DNA of 62,542 nucleotides, filler included, from Platydemus manokwari (lineage: Eukaryota): assembly GCA_037951405.1 (NCBI GenBank). It is 5 parts of 5 records of this genome, joined end to end, with 100 filler letters (N's around TTAATTAATTAA, not from the genome) between each part and the next. Parts side by side here need not be neighbours in the genome. Positions count along the whole stretch, not along the records: positions 19,422 to 36,493 come from JBBMOY011122552.1; positions 36,594 to 47,257 come from JBBMOY011114997.1; 3 more parts are not named here. The stretch is one strand, 5' to 3'. How positions within the stretch are numbered: the first letter of the stretch is position 1; each line of letters opens with the position of its first letter. The position numbers were made by a program, and so were the translations under genes. Positions 29,561-41,581 of the stretch are shown here, in pieces. Below the pieces are notes generated by a model. That model ran no database searches. It was not told the origin of the DNA and was given only the letters and a program-made list of their open reading frames with translations.

Positions 29561-31789
29561 TAATATAGTGAAAATAGACCCAAATTAACTCGCCCCTTAA
29601 CACAATGAGTTACTTATCATTTCCAAATTGTTCATAACAATTAACTTTAACTCTCAATTTAAAATTTTTTAACCTTATCTGTATAATATATTTCATTTAT
29701 AATACTCATCTATTACTTTATTAACTATTATTTTAAACTTAATCAATCCAAAACCCTAACATATTTTATTATACATTATTCACCTATTTAACTAATTTCA
29801 GATCACCTACTTTGTCATCATACCAATATCAAATCTCCTGCATGTGTTTCACAATGCATTCAGTGAAAACAAATCTATTTTCATGCCAAACTACGACAAC
29901 ACTAGATTTTCTATGAAGCATCAAACTTATGCTGCTCCCGATAACAATGGGCCGAAATATCAGGAAGCTCAAATTAGGAAGATGAAACTATAAAAAATAT
30001 AACAATTTTTTAAAGTCGGCGTGAGGTATTTATTTATGTTAGGCCTTATTTATGTTAAATAAATATTAGTTTTTTTAAAAGACCACGTCATTTGATTCAA
30101 ATCAAGGAAATAGGTACGAATTAAGAAATTTCCCAAAGTGTTTTGAATGCAAAAAGTGAGGTAGTAATGTAGATTAGTACCTCTACTGCATTTGTAGTTC
30201 TATGTTGTGCGATATTGTGATATACAAGTCGGGGATTTTGAGCTGGTAATTCAGCAGAAGTGATGGTCTTAGTACTCATTTATAACTCTAATAATCCATT
30301 CATGGTTGGACTTGTATTCTGCTTGCGTGTACAAAGTGTAATAACAAATTTAGAACAGAAAGTGTTTTTAACCTCAACGTGAATTTAGTTCACTAGAAAA
30401 GTAATCAGACAATAAACAATCACACGTTAAGTTTCAATGATTATCAAAGTTAACAATTAAAATGATAATCATTGTGAAATTATTATTGCAAATATTGTTT
30501 AATTAGAAATGAGCTCTACTTATCTTTCGATTCATTTTCTAAATTTTTGTTCGTTATTGAAAACAAAATCCTTCTGTTTTCGAAAATATATTTAATAACA
30601 CTCTAATTAAAATGTTTGAAAGTATAACACCAGTAATCAGTAAAAAGTTAATAAATGTTAAGCTTGAATTCATCCCGATAATTCTTCTGAAACATCAGAC
30701 TAGAAATTCCTGGTGGTTATCAAATCAATACTCTATAACGAATGCGGATACTAATGTTAAAAAATACTCTTCGAATGCGTAACAATTTACAAGTTACAGT
30801 ATGAACAACGATAAGGTACTTGCTTCGTTAACTTAATTATCAATGATATATGATTTGTTTCTGAATATAAATGATTTTCTCTATCAGCAATATTTTACAA
30901 TACTTACATATTTTCCAGTAATCTTGATATTTTATATTTCTAAAATCGTGTAATTTTTTATATAATTTTATTATTTTCATATTAATGAATTATTATTATG
31001 GTTATTATTAAACATCATTATTTCTTAATATTGTTTGGATTCTCTTGAACAATTGACTAATCGCTGACTCCAAAACTAGAAGGCTAAAACTTTCAATTGC
31101 ATATTATTTAGTACAACTTATAGAATAAATACACTCAACATACTTCTGGCAGTTGGCAATCTTTACATCAATATTTTTATTCAAGATCTGCGTGTAATTT
31201 TTGTATCATATTGTATCACATTTTGATTCGATATTTGGTTTTTCATGTTCCTATTGGAGTTTTTAATTTTTTCATAAGTGATAGGGTCAATCCCTATGTT
31301 TGTGTTGTTGTGTGGCTATGCCTCTTTTTCCAATTNNNNNNNNNNNNNNNNNNNNNNNNNNNNNNNNNNNNNNNNNNNNNNNNNNNNNNNNNNNNNNNNN
31401 NNNNNNNNNNNNNNNNNNNNNNNNNNNNNNNNNNNNNNNNNNNNNNNNNNNNNNNNNNNNNNNNNNTTTGCTTGGTATAAATCTGAAATGATTGTGTTAT
31501 AACCACAACTATATCGTTGGTGAATAATCAGAGAAGTAATATTATTAATCAATCCTATCAAACAAAAATATTAATATCGATTATAACTTTGACTGCACAA
31601 TGACTCATAATTCCCACAATATATATAATTAGTTTAATAATAAAAGGTTAAATAAGTACATGGTATTCATTTAGAAAATAACCAGCACTCCATTTCCAAT
31701 TGAAGATAAATTTAAAATTAATGTTATTAATGTTGGATATCGCTTTAATATTAGGAGCTTTTAGTATTGCATTTGTTAATAATATTCGT

Positions 31790-32190
31790 TGTGAGGATTT
31801 TCAGGGTTATATAAATAATTGTTAATCCTTTAAAATAGAATAAATAATTAAAAATATTTCAAAATTATTGGTTATTATTATTTTTCATTAAATATACTTT
31901 TATGGGTTGACTTTCTTCATGTATTTTCAATATATACATTTTATGAAATAATAATGGCTAACATGGCGATCACAGGCTTAAATTCCAATCTAAGAAGATA
32001 AATTGCAGATAAAACATAGATGTAGAAATTACGAGATAAGTCAGGTTTGGAGAATTTCTAAAAAATGGGAAAGTTAGGATTTTTAAGATTTACAAATAAT
32101 TCTTTAAAATACCCATCGAAAATTTGTGGAAATATTTTGAGTGAAAGTATTTTTGTGGGTTGAACTTCTAAAGAAAATTAGCCCGCAACA
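31790..32190 (+). mobile_element. TRIM-like copy with short internal region (family A)
   Basis: 5' LTR 31790-31963 (TGTGAGG...GGCTAACA), PBS TGGCGATCAC, about 110-bp internal region ending in PPT AAAAAATGGGA, and degenerate 3' LTR 32072-32190. TSD only 3/5. Confidence 0.65.
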
Positions 32191-32557
32191 CTCTTTATGA
32201 TATTATAAATGCAATGGAAAAACCATCTAAACCATTGACATTTATCGAAAGTACCCCGCGGAAAATATAAGATAACTTGTATTAATAAATCTATTGATTT
32301 ACAGCCGAATTTCATTCGCCTTTTTGAATGAGGTTTAAACTTCTAATAAATATGGAATGGTTAAAGATTTTCATAAAAATTTTATAATATCGATCGATTT
32401 TGAAACAAAATAAAAATAAAAATTTGGTGTTAAAATTATATTTAAATTATATATATATATATAATAAATTACTAATAATAATAATGAAAATATTAATAAT
32501 AATGAAAATACAATAATGCTTATTGTAACAAATAATAAAGTGATTATTAATACTAAT

Positions 32558-32711
32558 TTCGAGGATTTTAAAATGACATTATTCGAAAGATTTTGAAATC
32601 GGATTTTATTAAATATTAATTTATTTAATTAATTATAGCAAAATAGATAATTTCGTGTTGTGACTTTCCAGTGGCTTTCAATACGTGCTCTATGAAACAG
32701 TAACGGTAACA
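32558..32711 (+). mobile_element. Degenerate solo LTR of TRIM family A
   Basis: Contains AAATAGATAATTTCGTGTTGTGACTTTCCAGT...TTTCAATACGTGCTC...CAGTAACGGTAACA, homologous to the family LTR. No TSD seen. Confidence 0.6.
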
Positions 32712-35700
32712 ACAACAATAATAATATTGATCTAATCACTCGACTATATTCAATCCAATAATGATGTGCAATTTATAACTAATAAAAGCACACAACTGAT
32801 ATATAAATAGTTTTTATGGTTTATTTTAAAAGCCAAATATTATAATTATGATTATACATAATTATATAAAATATCAATTGATACTTGACCTGTTAAAAGA
32901 CAAATCGTTGGGAAGATTGAGAATTGTTGTACTTCTATTTTGGTTGATTATGATACGATTGTTTAAATCCCTTAAAGCCGATTGGATCAATAAATTGTGT
33001 TTCACTTTTCCAAATTTATTAAGACATTGACAAAATGTCAGCAACATGTCCTCTACTATGTCCGTCATGGGTCGACTCCAATGATTTATCTAGATGTATG
33101 AAATTTCAGAGCACAATAATTATAAAATAAAAATAATAATAATAATATTGGGCATAATAATAATTATAATAAAATAAATATCGTAAAATATCTATCATAT
33201 ATTCCATTCACGAGATAACTAGTGTATTTTTCCACCAGGATGAAGCCCGCCGACATGAGTGAAAGAAGAAAGCAACATTGTAACAAGCTTTGCCTTTACT
33301 GAACCGATGACATCACTAATCAGAAGATTCTAGACTCAAGCAGGTCAAAATCTATCCTAGAAAAATGTACCAAGCTTGTATTTTAATAAATTTTAAGGCA
33401 ACGTTACTAGATGGTCAGTTATATTATAATGTCTTTTCTTCACTTCTTTCGAAACTGTCTTAAATTCAACCTATTCTTTATTCTAAATACTTTTGAGTTC
33501 CGTATCATCATCTTCCAACACATAAACGCAAACCGAAATAATGTTTGATTGTATATTCCCTTTAAAATTGTAAAATCAATCCCCAACACAATTCAGAGAG
33601 ATGAAACCAAATATTTTATAAATAAAAATAATTAGAAAATATAATTTATTTATTAACGTCTTCAATAATGTATAAAAAGTAAAAGTCAAAATTTAAGAAT
33701 ACTCAGTGCTGTGGAACCCACTTAATGTTAAAATTAGCTTAATACTATCAGGAATTTTTAAAAATTTAATCTCACTTTGGCAAATGTTGTTCAAACCTAT
33801 TGGCTGGATTGATGGATAAAACATATCACGTGATTTTGCAAAGTATTTCATAAGCAGCTGTAGTTCCAAATGGACCGATTACGAAAGCGAACAAAAATCA
33901 TTTTTATTTACAAGTTGACTTAATCGATTGTTTCAAATGATTTTTATCAGGTTATAATTGATTTATATTATTTATTAAAATAACGTATTTATTAACACCT
34001 TTTATTGGAACACATGCGGGTGAAATTAAATGTTTCTAGATATATGATTTGTTTTTTATTCTATCTTGACTGTTTTCCAGGATCATCAAAATCGATTAAA
34101 GTTCAACTCGTTTGATTTTCGTCTCCTAGAACCCGGTTAAAGGTTAAAAATTAATATCCCCTTCTCATAATGTTATTTGGAAACCCCTTTCATCAAATTT
34201 ATTCAATATTTTCTTTAAACACAAAAACTTTTTCGACAATCATTTTAAAAACTGCCATCAAAATTAATTAAGAATTCGACACACAAACCATCTTAGACAG
34301 TAGTAAACACATATTAATAAACATAACAAAGTAGGGAACGACTTAGCAAAGACAGGGTTGTGGCTAGAAATGCGGAAAATTGTCAAATTGCTATTTATTT
34401 TTACAAAGAATAACTTTTACAAAGATTTTTAAAGGTATATGTTAAATTACACTCATAAATGCTCGAAATGTCGTCCATGTACTTGTTCTTCGTCGAAATA
34501 AACAGCAGTTTGAAAAATTTTCCGCTTTTCCACTGACTACCTTGTATTTTAATAAAAGATCAAACTCATTGTTGTTCCATATTCGAATGAATTTATTTTG
34601 ATTGGATAATTCGAGCCGATTTAAACAAATTATCACAAATTAAACAGGAACTACACTATTGAATTTTTCATAAATATTTTCTTATCAAACCAATGATTAT
34701 GAAGAATTTCAAGATTTTTCCAAAAATTCTTTTTTCTTAAATTTATTGAAAACAAAAAGTAAAAAAAAAACGAATAAATCGCATAAAATACACAATTTGA
34801 TTTTGTCTTGTGATCGATGCTGGTTAGGTTGTGGTGATGTATATAGATATATTTATTACACTGGTGACAGTCAATCAATAAAATGAATAATCTGAGATCG
34901 ATCTAGTCAACTAGCCTGATTAATCGTATCGATTAAAAATCGTATAGATTCGAGTTTCGCAGTTATTTTGTTACTAATTTTAATCGACTTCGATACAGTA
35001 ACCATGTGAATCATTCTAAAAATCCTTAACGGATATAATCAAACATGTCAGAAACAAAGTAAGTGCATGTCTAATACGTTTTATTTTTCTTCACTTTTTA
35101 ACCATTTTCAGAGAGTAAATCTCTTAGTGCGCTCAACAAATAAGGTTGAACACAGTAAATAATTGGAGATTACCTCTATTTAAACTCTAATGGCCCATGT
35201 CTCGTTGTGGCAGATAAATGGTAATGACAATGTTTATATATTCCTACTACACCATTACAGCATTTAGCATCTATCAGATTCCCACTATTCTTTCAGCGTT
35301 ATCATTGATCGAATTATATTGATCTGTATCATCTAATTAATTGTAATCAAGATCTCCACACGCTTAACAGCTTTTCAAAAAATAATGACTAATCTTCACC
35401 ATATCAATTACGACATGTCGGTGTCAATTACAATGAGAGATACCATAAATTACGCTAATCACATTAAAATCGCATACTGATAACAGATATACAAGTAAAA
35501 CATATTATAATACAACAGTTTGGAAGTGATTAATTCCAGGACTTTTAACGAAAAATGTTGAATTTAATTCAAGGACGATAAACACCCGACCGATTCAAAG
35601 AGGAACAAATCTTTACTTCATCAATTATTTGGACTCATTTATCGTTATCAAGAATCTTTATAATATCTAATCAATATATGGGTTTCATAAATTTATTTAT

Positions 35701-36593
35701 TAAACATTAAGAAGTTCAGATGATTATTGATGACTGGGAATCAAAAGACAGCACACATTTTAATCTTTGAATCAAAGGACATCAAACAATGATGTACGAA
35801 TAAAAGTAGCAACGATGTTATGAATCAGTTGTAACGCTATTATCTCAGACCACTTAATATTTTTGTTTTACATTGTCACCAATTAAATAATCTGAATCGA
35901 TTAGAAATTTTTACTGATTATCGTTTTGAAATAAATCGATTAAAATCATAAATAAAATATTGGTCAAATGAATGACATTTGATTGATTCGATTTGTCAAT
36001 AAATATTTCCGACAACACCAGTGAATAATATGAGAAATTAAAACAAAAAATAACTACAATATATATGATAATCAAATCGATATGATATATATCCTTACAA
36101 CACGTACACGTAATTATCATTATCAGATAGTGATAATCTAATAATTATTTTCATGACTCATATGGTGAATCCATAAAATAATTTAATTAAATCGCAAATC
36201 AATAAAACAAACAATTCAATGAAGTATCAAATATATCATTGACAACTTTATTTCAACGTGATATATCCCCAGTATAGCAAAGACAATCTATACGAATTAC
36301 ATCGGTCCAATTTCACTATATTATCAAGTACTTTTATAACTTAATAATAATAACTTTAATGATAATTATTATTTTTATTATTGTTTAGGATTTTAGAATT
36401 TTGATGAAATTGTTTTTAGGTTTTTAAATAAAAATAATCGATAAAAAATAATTTAAACAATTTATAAAATATTTTGATTAAATATACTTTTGTNNNNNNN
36501 NNNNNNNNNNNNNNNNNNNNNNNNNNNNNNNNNNNNNTTAATTAATTAANNNNNNNNNNNNNNNNNNNNNNNNNNNNNNNNNNNNNNNNNNNN

Positions 36594-36667
36594 AATATTT
36601 TCTTATGAGTTATGCTTCTTCAAATATGTGCATGAAAATCGGACATTTCATATGGGACAACCTAATA
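36594..36667. mobile_element. Mariner-type TIR next to assembly gap
   Basis: The reverse complement reads TA-TTAGGTTGTCCCATATGAAATGTCCGATTTT, a mariner TIR pattern. Confidence 0.6.
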
Positions 36668-39420
36668 GTAGATATTATTATAATTTCTATTAATATTATG
36701 AGAGATCATATAAAGCTAAAATATAATTGCAACTGATCCCCGCGTCTACGAGATAAGAAATGGTGATGTAGTTGCATTGTGAATGTGCGAGAAATGATCG
36801 TGATTTATAATCCAACTACTTGTGAATTATTAAATGTTATATTTATTGTTTTCTCTCATAATCATAATTCTACCCATTTTAATGTGTATTTTTAATTACA
36901 AAATGTTATTTTACTTTCATTAAAATTCAAAATAGATTTCCGGACAGAATCTATAAGCATGACAAACATTGGCTTAATGTGTTCATTGAAGTGATTGTGG
37001 AACACAGTGAGTGCCTCATTAGCTAGAATCAATGACAAACAAATCAAAGCTTTCTCCAATTATCTTGGTCAAAGTGAAAAATGAGTAGAAATTTTTCCAT
37101 ACATTAACAGATTTAAAAATTATAGTATTGGGTTTCGATGATAGTGAAAATGTCACGTTTATTATTATCAATGATCTTTCAAAAGTTAAATGGGGAAATT
37201 AATATCTTGAAAATATTATTGCCAGTTACCTGTTTAAATTAATGCGATTTAATTATAATTAGAGTTCCATCATTGCGTATATTGGAAACCAAAAATATTT
37301 CTATTAAAAATAATTCTGTGCCTAAATTTCTTAGCTGTCTTTCTTATATTTTATGAAAACTGTAAATCGCTACTATTATATAAAACAAAAGTCAAGACAA
37401 ATTATTTATCAATGACATTTTATATAAAATTAATTCTTTAAAAATTCAATTCCATTTAAATTTCTCACAGCAATCCCGATAGACTGATAAAAAAGAATAT
37501 CAAATACCTTGATCTTCTCTTCTCTATTCAATATCAAATGAAAACAACCAGACTCTTGATCAGTCATATCGTTTGAAAGCTCCATTATTTCTATCAAATA
37601 TCATTATTCAATTTTTTTAAATTCTTTAGATTGTCTTTAAATTTATCGGTATATTCGCTCGATTTTGTCAGCCTCTGACAATGGTTTGAAATGTTTTACT
37701 ATTGAAAAAGTCTTGAAGTTCAAATCAACCAGAAATATCTCTATACGAGTTATGAAACATAAATGAAAAATTCATTTCATTGTCAAGTTTGTCTGAACTG
37801 ATTTTCACATAAATATCATCGGTAAATATTGTATGACGTTTCGAAGCAAGGTTATCAAGATTTGCGAGAAAATTTCATTACCAAACCTAAGTAAATTTGT
37901 GTATCACTTGTGTAGTCATTTGACAGTTGATATGGTTGTTAAGCTGACCTTTTGCTAAGCGGAAAGAGTAACAATATTAAGAAGAAAATTATGTAAGTGG
38001 AAAATTTTAAAAAACACAAAAAAGAAGGCATCGATAGTTGTAATACTAACAAGTCTTGCTCTATCTAGCTACATTTCCGACGTACAACTCATGATTTATA
38101 TTTAAATTACGAAACCATCATATAAAATAATAATTGAAGCCATTGTTAATGCTTAAAATACAAAAGAATTCCTCTGTTAAAAATTCTGATTGTCATGACA
38201 ATTACTTCACCTCGAGTTATCGTTACACCTTTAAATCTAATCATGGTATTCTTGATTTCGATGTTAGAAATACTCGCAATGCATTGACAATGATTGGTAT
38301 CGGTTGCAAATTCGATTTACTTCCTCATTGATTATACATTTTTAATCGACTGGAAAATCGATTCCGTCTCAAAATAGATTAGCAATTGATCTGCTAATTT
38401 TGTAGACATTCAATTATGTGTCATCAAAAATGGATTTCCACTGAATTTATTACTCGTATTCCTAAATTACTATAATTTATCTATGGCTACGGTATATTGT
38501 GGAAAGAATATTTTCGACCAGGAACCAAATACGATCATCCTTCTAAGATTTGAAGAACTTTTAGATATTCTAACAAATTATCAAAAACATACTGCTTCTA
38601 CTTGGTTTTAATGCAAATGCAGAGTATCTGTTGAATCAAATCGCATTCATTTGATATCGATAGTTATGAGTATTGTTACAAATAAAGTCATCGCACAATC
38701 ATATCAGTCAATCCGCATTTAATACTCTCAATCATATATTATTTATTCATTTTATTTCAACTCATTTTTTTAACAACATTAAATGATGATATTTATGAGT
38801 AAAGTCATTTTGTTATTTAATTCAATGCGAATGCATTTTCTAGAAAATTCAGAAATTCTTAAATCGATTTTTTTTCTTATCTATTTAATTAATTTACTTT
38901 CCAATGAATAAAATAAACAATATCGGTTGGAATGAATAAAATCAATATGGGAGAAAATTATTTATTTCAATTTTTTGGAGTAATTTATAATGATAACTCA
39001 TAAAATAGGTTCTACATCGCCAGTGATACCTCAGATTTCGCCGCAGTCTTACTCGTAATATTAAATTAAAGGAAATAAGCGAACCGATGTTTTGGAAGAA
39101 ATAATTCAACAAGCGGAAAATTGTAGTTTGTAATCTCGGATTCTGAATACATATAGTTGCACATCAATAAATTGCATTTATTTTACGGTAACATACACAA
39201 GTAGTTTGGATGCTTTGGATTGGGTGTAATGTTCGATCAATATTTCGAAAACTTTGATTAGCATTTATGATTGTTGAGGATTGTGATTGATCAATACGTT
39301 TTGTGAGCATATGTTTCACTGGAATGAAATTTATGCGTTATCGTGCTTCTTATTAGTCATCAGGTATTTATGTAAATCGGTGTAAGTGTGCGTCTCTAGA
39401 ATTGGTAAAAACAAGGTTCC

Positions 39421-39599
39421 TGTGAGATATTTTAAATGAATTAAATTTTTAATGCCAACTTAATTCTAATTTTATATAAAATCATATTTATATAAAATTA
39501 AATTTATTTGTTTAAATATTTGTTTTTAAATAGATTTTTGGTGTCTTGACTTTTCAGTTGGTTTTTTATGTGTGATCTTTAAAATAGTAGCAGCTAACA
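39421..39599 (+). mobile_element. Solo LTR of TRIM family A with perfect TSD
   Basis: TGTGAGATATTT...TAGTAGCAGCTAACA (179 bp), closely matching 42888-43065, flanked by GTTCC at 39416-39420 and 39600-39604. Confidence 0.88.
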
Positions 39600-41581
39600 G
39601 TTCCAATGCATCAAGGATCGTTATTTTACTTAAATTTTTCAGCATTAAATTATTAAACTTAAATTTATTTTAATTCTTAACAGATAACCATCTAAATATG
39701 ATAATAATATTATATAATAATATGATAATAAATAATAATGTATGATAATAATATTTATCATAATCATGAATTAGAAAAAATTATATTATTTAAGATCCAA
39801 TAATGATTTTGATTTTTGAATATGCTTAATTGAAAATCAAAAGGAAGAGTTTATCATTGGTGTGAACTTTATTCGATATGCAGAACAACCTTGCACAAAC
39901 CACAGAATTAAATCAGACTTGGTTAATAAAACCAACAATTAGTAAAACAAACATCAACTTGTTATCGCTGGTTGTAAATAGTAATTTAGAGCACGATATC
40001 TCGTCAATCAAGGAGTTATTATCGTCTTGGAGTGTTACTGTGTGATAAATCACTTAAAATCGAATATTGATATCAGTAAATTGTTAAAGTCATCTTTTGT
40101 ATCGAGAAATAAGTGAACTGTGAAATAGAGGTTTGTTGGTGGACTAACTTTTGTTTTCTCCAAAGCTCAAATGAGGAACCAATAATATCCAGTACACCAT
40201 CTTTGTGTTATACAAAAATTGTGCTTTATATGCCAGAGAATAATCGAAATTTAAATGTAAATCAGGCATATGATGAAAGTTTGAAATAAATCTATGTGTG
40301 AAAATTCATGATTGGGAATTACAAAAATCAATTCTGAAGGATACACTGGGAAGCAAAATTTCTGAAAAAACTGAAAGGCTACGGAGCACATCATTTAAAA
40401 GAACTATGATGACACAGTTTTGTCTTGTATTAACCATACCCAGTGACGAAAATTTTATTCAAATTAAAATATCACAGAAAAAATTATAAAAATAACCCAT
40501 AACAATCAATTTATTTCATCATAAAACTTGGAAAATAAAACTGAAAAACAAAGAGGAAGATGGTAACACCCGAATTGTACAAATTATATAAGAATTACCG
40601 AATTTTGATCAAGGGTATTGAAAACAGAAATATATCTGTTACCTCGAAATATGGAAAGAAAATTTGATCTTGTTTGTTAATGGTTTTCTTTGGAGGACAG
40701 CATGAGGTATAGTTTTATTTGGAGCACTGAAATAAGATAAATCTGTATCATGTGATGCCAATTAACCATGGAGGCGGTTGGATATTTTTATAAAAAGATA
40801 TTTTAGTTAAAATATTATGTGTTTCTGTATTATTTCAACGATATTATAACTCGAAGCAAATATTGCATCATGTGCCAGATTATTTTAGTAGCTAAGTATT
40901 CTCAGTAGCTCCACATACAAATCTAATAGATAATCTTTATATAAAATTTTATAATTTATTAAATTCTTTTAAAAAATATATATATATTAAAAAATCAAGT
41001 ATAAATTAAATTTTAATTATAAAATTTTAAAACATTTTATATAAACATATAAAATTTTATAATTTATTAAATTCTTTTAAATTGTAATTTAAAAGTTGTT
41101 ATTTTTAATTATTTTAATGAATGCTCACAACAACCATTTGACTTTTTTCCAGGAAGGTTATCAAGAAAATTTAATAATCAAAATTATTAGCATCCAAAAG
41201 TATATATATATATATACAAATCATAATAACAGAAAATTTGTAAATAATTGTGTATTATAAACAATAATAAGATCTACATGATCTTTACAAAAATCGTCTA
41301 TCATCTAACACAAAAAGTAATATATAAAGCATAGATAAATAAGCTAATACATAAAAATACCACAACCTTCAACTTTAAGCAGATTCCTATAAATATCTAA
41401 AACAATAATTCTAGCAAATCAGATCAAAAGATTATCGATCAAAACAAATGACAACAGCCGTTTTATCTGAAAATCACAACCGAATGAAACTAATAGAAAT
41501 CCTCTCACAACCATATGTATACAGCTAAATTTTGTTTTAATTAATCACTACAAAAATTAATTTGCCTTCATTAGTATTGAT

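Noticed and set aside
29930-29970. Possible minimal hammerhead ribozyme (CCGATAA...GCCGAAATATC)
   Set aside because: The CTGANGA core has two mismatches, and stems I and II do not pair convincingly.
31211-31561. ORFs spanning the 131-N gap
   Set aside because: Open only because the Ns are translated as X.
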